DNA of 64,000 nucleotides from an uncultured Bacillaceae bacterium (lineage in GTDB: Bacteria; Bacillota; Bacilli; Bacillales; Alkalibacillaceae), in assembly GCA_937983065.1 (NCBI GenBank), contig CALKAL010000049.1, positions 4,961 to 68,960 of the forward strand. Direction: 5' to 3'. A model generated the notes under the pieces. It was not told the DNA's origin and ran no database searches. It worked only from the letters and a program-made list of their open reading frames with translations. This document shows positions 26,372 through 35,100 of this stretch, one piece after another; position 1 is the first letter of the stretch, and each line of letters begins with the position of its first letter. Made by a program: the position numbers and the translations under genes.

Positions 26372-27043
26372 TCATAAACCCCTTTCAAAAACATCCAATA
26401 GTTTAGGACGAATTTTTTGTAATTGTTGGATTGATTCCACTTCAATTTGATCTGTAGCAGGATTAATAAATGCGAATTCTCGATCTGAGCCTTCTGTTTC
26501 ATAGTCAGGAGCTCGACTAATTTTATGCGCTATGCGAATTTGGTTCGGATGCATATAGGAGGCAACGACGATACAATTCGTATCCCCTTCATATCCGGCA
26601 TGAGCAATTCCCCGCAATTTCCCCAAGATGAATACATTTCCCGTTGCAATGACCATTCCCCCTGGATTGACATCACCAACGATTAATATGTCGCCATTTA
26701 CTTGAAGTACTTGTCCTGAGCGTATCGTTTTAACCGTTGATTTCAATGTCGTTTTCTCAAACCATTCTTCGGCTTCTTCATTCGTTAACACGTACGAATC
26801 TAGCTTTTTAATGATGAAATGACTATTCTCTTCAACGATTTTTTTCAATTCGTCAACTTGCTCTTTACGTAAATAACGATATTGACTATGTAAAATAATC
26901 TCTGTCTCTTCTGCTTTCTGACTGACTAACAATTTGTCTTTCAATTCTTCTAATAGTAGATTAAAGGAACATTGATCATCTAAATAAACGACGATTCCAT
27001 CATTTGTCCCTTTCATTGTGACATAATGATTCTTCACTGACAT
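26372..27043 (-). CDS. minC: septum site-determining protein MinC
   Basis: IRSGQ, GDVNPGG, LRGIAHAG. Confidence 0.96.
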   Translation of the reverse strand: MSVKNHYVTMKGTNDGIVVYLDDQCSFNLLLEELKDKLLVSQKAEETEIILHSQYRYLRKEQVDELKKIVEENSHFIIKKLDSYVLTNEEAEEWFEKTTLKSTVKTIRSGQVLQVNGDILIVGDVNPGGMVIATGNVFILGKLRGIAHAGYEGDTNCIVVASYMHPNQIRIAHKISRAPDYETEGSDREFAFINPATDQIEVESIQQLQKIRPKLLDVFERGL

Positions 27044-27080
27044 GATAGGTACACCCCGATTAAAATCTATTCAATATAAA

Positions 27081-27611
27081 TTACTGTAATTGCTCGTGTT
27101 TTTCCTTCCAAATCATTAACCGCTTTGCAAAAATTGGATAAATAATGAGTAAAAACAATATATTAATTAATACAGTCGGAATTAGTCTCAAGGAGATAAA
27201 GTCTGTTAACGTTAAATCGACTTGCCCGACGATGAAATATAAGGCGAACAATATAAATTCTGCGACGATTAGGCTGACAGTTACAAGTAAAAAGGTGACG
27301 ATAAAGTTTTTGTGCAAAAATCGTTTTAATAAATGGACCATATATAAAGCGACCGCGTAAGCTAATAAATAAATGCCTAATAAGTCGGTATAAATTAATT
27401 CAAACAAAAATGCGAATAAAACCCCATTTAAAATACCGTAATAACTATGTAGCTCATCATAATAAATCGTAATGAGAATCGAAAAAACTAACAACCAATG
27501 AGGTATATAATATAAATCTAACGCTAAAATGGATGATGGTAATAAATTAATTGTAATACTTTCTAATATGAGTAATATAAATAAAATAACGGGAAGAATA
27601 AAGGAGCGCAC
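27081..27611 (-). CDS. mreD: rod shape-determining protein MreD
   Basis: hydrophobic, YTDLLGIY, RLIPTVLIN; synteny. Confidence 0.92.
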   Translation of the reverse strand: MRSFILPVILFILLILESITINLLPSSILALDLYYIPHWLLVFSILITIYYDELHSYYGILNGVLFAFLFELIYTDLLGIYLLAYAVALYMVHLLKRFLHKNFIVTFLLVTVSLIVAEFILFALYFIVGQVDLTLTDFISLRLIPTVLINILFLLIIYPIFAKRLMIWKEKHEQLQ

Positions 27612-27613
27612 AA

Positions 27614-28495
27614 TTATTCCTCCTCTTCTTCAATCTCAGTTTCATCATCTATTATCGGTGAAAAAATATCCCGATCAACGATAATAACGTGATTAATATC
27701 AATAAAATCAGCAGCAGGCTCAACATGCGCCATTTGAGTCAAGCCGTATTGGTCAAGCTCTACGGAAGAAATAGTCCCAATTAACAGCCCCCTTGGGAAC
27801 ATGCCACCAAGGCCTGAGCTAATAACTGTTTGTCCTTCTTCTAATTCCCCACTATTTTCAAGCTCACGGAATAATAACGTTTGGGTATCATTGTTAAATC
27901 CCTCAATTAAACCGAAAACATTTTCGTTTTCTTCAACAACAACGGAAATACGGTTATGTTCATCAAAACCACTTAATAATTGAATAACAGACGTCATTTG
28001 CGAAGCACTCGATACTTTTCCAATCATCCCATCCGCTGTAATGACGGCCATATTCGGTTTAACCCCGTGTAATTGCCCTTTATTCACTTTAATTTGATCA
28101 AAAAACTGCTCTGGGCTTCTTGAAATGACAGTTGCACGAATCGGGGTGTAATCACTAATTAACACATCAATATTAAGTAGTGACCTCAATTCTTCATTTT
28201 CTTTTTCCAATTCATTCACTTTAAAAGCTAACGTTTTATATTCTTGTAATTCTGATTTTAACACTTCATTCTGCTTATATACATCCCGAATATCTTTTAC
28301 ATTGTCCGTTAAACCGATGAAAAACTGGACAGGTTGATAAACGATGTTTTGAGCTAAACCAACTGTATCTGTAATAAATTGTGTCACAATGTTCGTTTGT
28401 CCACTTCGATTTAATGAAAAACCAATTAATATGACAACAATGATAATGCTCGTAAAAAAAACGATTAATTTTCTCTTTCTTAAAAAACGTGGCAT
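27614..28495 (-). CDS. mreC: rod shape-determining protein MreC
   Basis: TM helix, coiled coil (LEKENEELR), SSGLGGMFPRGL. Confidence 0.95.
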   Translation of the reverse strand: MPRFLRKRKLIVFFTSIIIVVILIGFSLNRSGQTNIVTQFITDTVGLAQNIVYQPVQFFIGLTDNVKDIRDVYKQNEVLKSELQEYKTLAFKVNELEKENEELRSLLNIDVLISDYTPIRATVISRSPEQFFDQIKVNKGQLHGVKPNMAVITADGMIGKVSSASQMTSVIQLLSGFDEHNRISVVVEENENVFGLIEGFNNDTQTLLFRELENSGELEEGQTVISSGLGGMFPRGLLIGTISSVELDQYGLTQMAHVEPAADFIDINHVIIVDRDIFSPIIDDETEIEEEEE

Positions 28496-28511
28496 AAAGT
28501 GTTGCACCTTC

Positions 28512-29546
28512 TTAATGAATATAGTTTTTTTTCGTTATGTTCGGTGTTTTTTTAAAATGTTCAATATAGTCTAACGCCTTGCCTGTCCCGACTACTGCCG
28601 TTGTTAAAGGATTCTCGGTCATATGAACAGGTAATGTCGTCTTTTCAAAAATAACTTTATCCAAAAATTTTAGCTTCGCCCCACCGCCAGTTAGAACGAT
28701 TCCTTTCTCTATTATATCAGAGGCAAGTTCTGGTGGCGCATTTTCTAAAATATTTATTATCAAATCTATAATAGCATTAACTGTACTTTCAATCGCTATG
28801 ACAAGTTCTTCATTTTTTAAATAAATGATTTTCGGTAATCCTGTAATTAAATCACGTCCGAATACTTCCATTCTATCATTTTCTTGCGTTTTTTTCGCTG
28901 ATGCAAGTTGAATTTTTAACTTTTCTGCTGTCGTTTCTCCAATCATAACACGATACTCTTGTCGAATGTACTGAATTATTTGTTGATCCATTTTATCCCC
29001 AGCTGCTTTAATTGATTTTGTTAAAACGGTACCACCTAAGGAAACGATAGCTGCTTCCGTCGTCCCACCTCCGATATCGACAATTAAGCTACCTGATGAA
29101 TCCCATACAGGCAAGCCAGCGCCAATTGCTGCTGCCAAAGATTCTGTCATAATATAAACTTGTTTCGCGCCTCCTTGTTTAGCCGCTTCAACAATTGCTT
29201 TCTCTTCAACCGTCGTAATGCCAGAGGGGACACAAACAATTAATGACGGTTTAAAGATATAAAACGATTGTCTATTCACTTCATTAATTAAGTAACGAAT
29301 AATCGCTGATGCTGAATCAAAGTCAGCTATCACCCCATCTTTTAGTGGCTTTATAATTTTTATAGACTCAGGAGCTTTCCCAATCATTTCCTTCGCTTTA
29401 GTCCCTACGGCTTCAACTTGATTTGTATAACGATTCATCGCAACTACTGTTGGTTCTTCGATGACAACCCCTTTACCTTTCATATAAACTAACGTATTCG
29501 CAGTACCTAAATCAATACCGATTCCTCTTCTAGATAAAAAACTCAT
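28512..29546 (-). CDS. mreB: actin-like MreB (divergent)
   Basis: GIDLGTANT, VDIGGGTTE, LTGGGA; lies between radC and mreC. Confidence 0.9.
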   Translation of the reverse strand: MSFLSRRGIGIDLGTANTLVYMKGKGVVIEEPTVVAMNRYTNQVEAVGTKAKEMIGKAPESIKIIKPLKDGVIADFDSASAIIRYLINEVNRQSFYIFKPSLIVCVPSGITTVEEKAIVEAAKQGGAKQVYIMTESLAAAIGAGLPVWDSSGSLIVDIGGGTTEAAIVSLGGTVLTKSIKAAGDKMDQQIIQYIRQEYRVMIGETTAEKLKIQLASAKKTQENDRMEVFGRDLITGLPKIIYLKNEELVIAIESTVNAIIDLIINILENAPPELASDIIEKGIVLTGGGAKLKFLDKVIFEKTTLPVHMTENPLTTAVVGTGKALDYIEHFKKTPNITKKNYIH

Positions 29547-29676
29547 CCTAATCTTCCCCTTTGATGTCGATTTTATAGTATAAGCTATGCTTGACCCATG
29601 TAAAACATGAGTATAGATAGCGCTACTAAATTAAATACATCTAAGGTTTTAGGAAGACTGGATGAGTCCCTTCAAT

Positions 29677-29817
29677 TTATAAATATCCTTTTTCTTTTAA
29701 AGAAACAAACTTGTTATCACCAATTATAATATGGTCTAATAATTCAATGCCCAATACTTTTCCCGCTTCATGTAACCGTCTCGTTACATGAATGTCTTCA
29801 TTTGATGGAGTTGGATC
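29677..29817 (-). CDS. radC: radC exon 2 (46 aa, DPTPSNED...[10 protein letters not shown])
   Basis: hand translation from the intron 3' junction gives the canonical RadC C-terminus; absent from the ORF track. Confidence 0.93.
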   Translation of the reverse strand, partial: DPTPSNEDIHVTRRLHEAGKVLGIELLDHIIIGDNKFVSLKEKGYL

Positions 29818-31671
29818 GTAGGGTAGATTGATGCGCCTTACTGTAAGCAGGTTTCATCACTCCCCCTCAGAACCGTACGTACACCTTTTCAGCGTATACG
29901 GCTCGCCAGTTGATATATAAAAATGCTCCTTAAACGATTATATTCATTTAATATTAGTCTCCATGAACCAATTCCTTTAACTTAACAAATGAATACAATT
30001 GAATATGACCGTTCTGATCTTTGATTGCTATTGATAAAAAACCTTGCCTCGCTCTTCTCAAACTTATTGCGACCCTTTTTACACGACTTCTTCTTTTGTA
30101 TGCTAATGTTTTTATAAAACTACTTTCCGCCAGATGAAATACTTTTTTTAACTCGTTCACATTATCCGCTAATTTATAATATCGATAAAACATTCTCAAT
30201 TCCCGATTATACGTCTTTAAAATCGTTAATTCAGTTTCATTAACTAAATATTTCCGTTCAGTTGATGTAAAATTATCTAAATTTCCGTATCCTTGTGCTT
30301 TAATAAATTTTTGCATCATTTCTCTCGGTATTTCTAACTTAATTTCACTTTCATTCGACGTTTTTGGATTTCTTTTGGAATGACTTCTTTTATTTACTTT
30401 TTTAAAGTGGTAGCCGAGGAAGGGTGTCCTTTTTTCCAAATGATTAATTCCACTATGTTTCTCACATAATTGTAGCTTCAAGTACTCGTTTATAAAGTGA
30501 ATTATTTTTTCGAATATTTTTTTCACATCTTGTTTTGAGCTAGAAAAACCGAGCACGAAATGATTTCCGTAACGGACATAATCGAACGGTTTATTTATTT
30601 TTCCTATCTCGCTTTTAATAAAAGCATCGAATTCGTGTAAAAAAAATATTGGGTTTAGAGTCCTGCTATGGGGAATGCGATTATAATAATAATTTGGCAT
30701 AGCATTTTTTATTTCGTTAATTTTTAAAAGTTGTTGGTCATTTATATTTTTTGAAAGGTTGTTCATTAAAATTGTCTCGTCTAAAGATTCGTTCACATGG
30801 ATGATTTCTCCTTTTAAACACCATGTGAATTTTCCCCAATTATTTTTAATATGGGATAAAGCCTTTAGATGCTTATCTTTTTGAAAGGAGCTTCCTGCTA
30901 TTTTTGGCTCGTAAAACGTATTTTGTTGGTTCTTTTTTCCAACTTGATTTAATTCTACGCGCTCATCAATCTGACTAAAATTAATAGTTTCCCTATAACC
31001 TTCTCTACTATCGTTTAAATTTTTATATACTTTCGTGCAAATATCCTTGTGATCTAAAAGACGATGACAATCCATGACCTTTCACCTTAAATAGAAGCAT
31101 TTTTATTTCGGTTAACTAGTGAATGAAATGAATCTTGAGCCTTGATAAAATTTATTTCGTAGTTAACTATTATCAACCTGTCTCCCTTCCCCTTGCTAAA
31201 CTCATTACGAGCAAACGTTGAGTACTATGGAGACTCCGTTGCCATATGTGAATCAATTTTAACAATATAAACTCACACTTAGGCAATCCCTACCTTTAAC
31301 ATCATTATAGAAGCGTGATGGTTAGGTATCCCTTTCGACGTTTTCCTAAAGCTTAGGATTGAAGGACAAACCTTACGATTGATAACGTTCAGGTGATACG
31401 TCTCAATTTTGTCCTCGTTACCTATTAGCTATCGTAGGTAACGGCGCATCCAACGCTCATCCGTCTAGGATTCAGGCAGTTTAGCTTTTACCATACATCA
31501 CTTGGTCTGAGGAACTGACTCGACTTGATAGCTTCGTCGTCTATTCCCCTTTTCACATCCCGCTTAGTCCTTATATTGAGTTTCCTCTCAAAGTTAGATG
31601 CTGACCATTCGAACAATGTAAGGAGTTCGAGATTATAAACATCACTACAATGATGCCGTTTGTAGGCGCAC
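29818..31671 (-). mobile_element. group IIA intron (Ll.LtrB/ML-like), 1854 nt, inserted in radC
   Basis: 5' GUGCG; DV at 29870-29904 with AGC triad and AC bulge; DVI branch A at -7 (29824); 3' ...CCCUAC; EBS1 ACCUGA (31389-31394) and EBS2 GGAUGA (31457-31462) match exon 1; removal restores the radC frame. Confidence 0.95.
29954..31075 (-). CDS. intron-encoded protein: degenerate RT with maturase domain X, no En domain
   Basis: located in DIV; DYVRYGNHFVLGF at the YADD position, WCLKGEI, FLHEFDAFI, PFLGYHF, domain X YNRELRMFYRYYKLADN. Confidence 0.9.
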   Translation of the reverse strand: MDCHRLLDHKDICTKVYKNLNDSREGYRETINFSQIDERVELNQVGKKNQQNTFYEPKIAGSSFQKDKHLKALSHIKNNWGKFTWCLKGEIIHVNESLDETILMNNLSKNINDQQLLKINEIKNAMPNYYYNRIPHSRTLNPIFFLHEFDAFIKSEIGKINKPFDYVRYGNHFVLGFSSSKQDVKKIFEKIIHFINEYLKLQLCEKHSGINHLEKRTPFLGYHFKKVNKRSHSKRNPKTSNESEIKLEIPREMMQKFIKAQGYGNLDNFTSTERKYLVNETELTILKTYNRELRMFYRYYKLADNVNELKKVFHLAESSFIKTLAYKRRSRVKRVAISLRRARQGFLSIAIKDQNGHIQLYSFVKLKELVHGD

Positions 31672-32214
31672 ACCTGATGGATGATTATGGGCACAGATAA
31701 TTGAAGCGGCTGAACGTTTAATCGCTTCTTTAAATACCTCACGAGGATGAACAATTGAGGAGTTTAGGCTTCCTATGAAGATAGTTTGCCTGTGGATGAC
31801 TTGATTTTTAGTGCTCAAAAAGAGACATACGAAATTTTCCTGTTTCAATCCGCGCATCTCTTCCATTAAATAATTGGCCCCATCTTGAGGGCTTCGAATA
31901 ATATATCGCTCACCAAATTGATAAGTATGGATTCGTTTTCCAATTTCTATGGCGGCTAATAACGTCACTGCTTTAGCTTCCCCAATCCCTTTAATCGAAG
32001 TAATCTCCTCGATTGTCGCATCTTTTAATAATGATAACCCTTCAAAATGCATAAGCAGCCTCGTCGCAAGTGATAATGCTGAACTTCCTTTCGTCCCACT
32101 CCCAATTAAAATCGCAATTAACTCTTGATTCGACAAAGCGTGTGGACCTACTTGGATCAGTCGTTCCCTCGGTCGATCATTTTTAGGGACGTCCTTGATG
32201 AAAATCGTCTCCAT
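31672..32214 (-). CDS. radC: radC exon 1 (181 aa); spliced product about 227 aa JAB/MPN protein
   Basis: RPRERL, IKGIGEAKA HhH, VHPREVF, ends HNHPSG at the intron junction. Confidence 0.93.
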
Positions 32215-32374
32215 ATAATTTAAACATGCTCCTTTCAATTGTGATTTAGACATGTTTAATTATAATGAATTAAAAAATGAAAAACAAAAAGGGAAAAACG
32301 TAATATGTCTCATAAATATAGCTTTCTTGTAACACCACTTGAACGTTTAAACAGAAAAAGACAACATAAACGTT

Positions 32375-33226
32375 TTATGAGTTATTTTCAAAAAATAATA
32401 AAAGACTTAATTTCACGGTATTTAAATAGATTGGCAGCTCATTTTCGGTAATTTGTTGTTCGAATTGATTCACTAAATTAGTTAGATTATTTAAATAAGC
32501 ATCATTTTCGAACCGTTCTGGGGCTTCATTTAACCACCCGCTCACTTCTTCAAGCCAGACTGAGCCCGTCATCTCAGCTGTAATTAAAGCGTCTCCTTCC
32601 TGCAACCAATTAATTTCAGCTTCACTACCTTCGATTAACACATCGTTAATTTGCCAATCTTTATATAAAAAATCATTCATATATTCATATTCGCGCGCTT
32701 CAAGCCAATTCGTCACTTCGTCTCGATTGTATGGCTGTAAATCAACCATACTTAAAACGTAATATTGCCCTTCCTCCTCATGAATAATTGTAGGAACCGT
32801 CTGTTGTAATAACGATTGCGAAAGTTCCCGTGCATTATCATTCGTAGAAAAAATACCGTATTGAATCACTTCGAAAGTTTCATTAGTTCTTTCAAATTGC
32901 TCGCCAGACTCAGCAGGTGTTTCCGTATCTGTAACTTCTTCATCCTCCTCTTCATCTTCATTAAATACAGGGGCAGAATCTGTATTATCTGCTGGATTTA
33001 AGTCGGAGAAAAAAGCTATGAACCCTAGACCGAAAATTACTCCTAATATGACGGCAAATGCGATCGGTTTAAATAATTTATTTAAAACAGGTTTATTTGA
33101 CGACATAAAATTTCCTTGAGATTTTTTTTGTTTCGGGGTTAAAAAATATTCTAATTCATGTTTTTTTGATGGAGACGGTTGTTCATCTCGGTTCACTGTA
33201 ACACGAACTTTTTTATGCTCGTCCAT
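32375..33226 (-). CDS. single-TM acidic protein with SPOR-like region (spoIIB position)
   Basis: TM helix, acidic linker, VIQYGIFSTNDNA SPOR-like motif; upstream of radC as spoIIB is in B. subtilis. Confidence 0.6.
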   Translation of the reverse strand: MDEHKKVRVTVNRDEQPSPSKKHELEYFLTPKQKKSQGNFMSSNKPVLNKLFKPIAFAVILGVIFGLGFIAFFSDLNPADNTDSAPVFNEDEEEDEEVTDTETPAESGEQFERTNETFEVIQYGIFSTNDNARELSQSLLQQTVPTIIHEEEGQYYVLSMVDLQPYNRDEVTNWLEAREYEYMNDFLYKDWQINDVLIEGSEAEINWLQEGDALITAEMTGSVWLEEVSGWLNEAPERFENDAYLNNLTNLVNQFEQQITENELPIYLNTVKLSLLLFFENNS

Positions 33227-33354
33227 AAAATTCGACCACCTTTAAATATAATGGTTAGATGGTAGCATATCCGACTTAAAAATGAAGTAAAAATTTGTCC
33301 GATGCATTCGACATTTTTCAAACAAAAAAACACACCCAATATTTGAGTGTATTT

Positions 33355-35064
33355 TTAAACAGCGGAAGAAACTTTATTTTTCCCTTTCTTTTTAGCCCCG
33401 TGATACATTGCTCGGTCGGCTGTTTTTAAAACCTCTTGTGGTGATTCACAATTGTACGGATAAGTCGAAACTCCGATACTCGCTGTCACGTTAATCTCTT
33501 GAACTTCCATTAACCCGTTAATCGTTTTATACAGTACAAAAGGCTCATCCGCTATGCCTCTTCGAATATTTTCCGCAATTTCAAGGACGCGCTCATGCTC
33601 TTTATCTTTGATGAGTACTGTAAATTCTTCACCACCGTAACGTGCAATAATTCCATTATCACCAATTAATCGCTCTAATCGGCGCGCTAATTCAACTAAC
33701 ACTTCATTACCTGATTCATGCCCGTATGTGTCATTAATTTTCTTAAACGAATCTAAATCTAAAATAATGACAGAGAAGCTTTCATGAATCCCTTTAGCCT
33801 CTTGATCTGCTACATATTCATCGATATATTCTACTAAATAACGATAATTATATAGTCCCGTTAATTGATCCCGTTGACTTTTACGTCGTTCCTGTTCGTA
33901 ATGCCGCGCATTTTCAATCGCAACGGATAAAAAGTTTGCTAACACTTCCAAAAGCATTAAATGATATTTTTCGAACGCTCGGGAATTGTTTGATGCAACT
34001 GTTAAAACACCGACAACATTGTCATTTCTAAGGATTGGCACCCCTAAGGCACTTTTAACTTCTGCGCCAAACTCATGCCCCTTCATTTTATCAATTTGAC
34101 TTTTCTTCACGAGCATTCGACTACTATTTTGTTCATAAATTCGCCCAGAAAAACCTTCACCTTTGTATAGTTTAATTTCTTGTTGATGAATCTCATCCAT
34201 TTTTGTATAACGAATTAAACTCATCGATTGATTTCGCGTTGTTATGTCGAAAATGTAGACATGGGTTGCTGGTATCACACGTTTAACTTCTTTCACAAAC
34301 GTATCTAAAACACTTTTAACATTTAAACTTTTTGTCAGTTCATGACCAATCTCACTCGTTTTATGTAAATATTCATTTAAACGTTGGGTTTGATTGAAAA
34401 TTGATAAGACTGCCGACAACAAAATAATCGGGAAGCCGACAAAGTAAATGCCTGGCGTTTCTAATTCAACGTATATGAAATAAAGAACTAAACCTAATGG
34501 TAACGTCACTAACGTTAAAAAACCATCGACGAAAAATGAGCTATCTAACAATTTAAACGTTTGACCTAAAATAAAGGATTGAAAAATAGTTAATAGTAGC
34601 TGATTCATAATAATCGAGCTAATCATATATCCTGCAATCGGGATGATTTGACTCGAACTAAGTGTGTCAATTCCCGTCGTTCCACCTAGAAAGAAGTAGA
34701 CGTGAGCAGAGATGAAGGACGTCATTAACAAGATCGTTGAGTTCGTTGCAATTCTATGAAAATCTTTTTTCGGTAATCTAATTTTAAGAAATAAAGCAAT
34801 TAAAGCAAGTTGAGATAACAAAACTTCGGCGACTAGTCCAAAATATAAAAATACAGCGAGACTGACACTATTAATAAAGAAAATCGTCGTATTCCCAACT
34901 TTAAAAGGGAAAAAAGCAACAGCACATATGATCAATGCAAAAGACAGGAAATCAATCCAATTTCCAGTAAAATGTATCGGGTGATGCATAAATATGTAAA
35001 TCATTAATGCTGGAAAAACAGCTAACCAAATTATCCATAAAGTAATCGCTTTCGATTTTGTCAT
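33355..35064 (-). CDS. membrane sensor / GAF / GGDEF diguanylate cyclase
   Basis: multi-TM N-terminus, GAF (LGVPI...VVGVLTV), DQLTGLYN, DLDSFKKINDTYGH, RYGGEEF. Confidence 0.93.
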   Translation of the reverse strand: MTKSKAITLWIIWLAVFPALMIYIFMHHPIHFTGNWIDFLSFALIICAVAFFPFKVGNTTIFFINSVSLAVFLYFGLVAEVLLSQLALIALFLKIRLPKKDFHRIATNSTILLMTSFISAHVYFFLGGTTGIDTLSSSQIIPIAGYMISSIIMNQLLLTIFQSFILGQTFKLLDSSFFVDGFLTLVTLPLGLVLYFIYVELETPGIYFVGFPIILLSAVLSIFNQTQRLNEYLHKTSEIGHELTKSLNVKSVLDTFVKEVKRVIPATHVYIFDITTRNQSMSLIRYTKMDEIHQQEIKLYKGEGFSGRIYEQNSSRMLVKKSQIDKMKGHEFGAEVKSALGVPILRNDNVVGVLTVASNNSRAFEKYHLMLLEVLANFLSVAIENARHYEQERRKSQRDQLTGLYNYRYLVEYIDEYVADQEAKGIHESFSVIILDLDSFKKINDTYGHESGNEVLVELARRLERLIGDNGIIARYGGEEFTVLIKDKEHERVLEIAENIRRGIADEPFVLYKTINGLMEVQEINVTASIGVSTYPYNCESPQEVLKTADRAMYHGAKKKGKNKVSSAV

Positions 35065-35100
35065 TCTCAGAAACCCCTTTTAACTTTATCTAACTGTTTT

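Noticed and set aside
31645-31671. VRLQTASL* tail of the 202-aa radC ORF
   Set aside because: Read-through into intron sequence; the true C-terminus is exon 2 at 29677-29817.
31488-31754. 88-aa minus-strand ORF spanning the radC/intron junction
   Set aside because: Out of frame within radC and overlapping ribozyme domain I; no recognisable motif.
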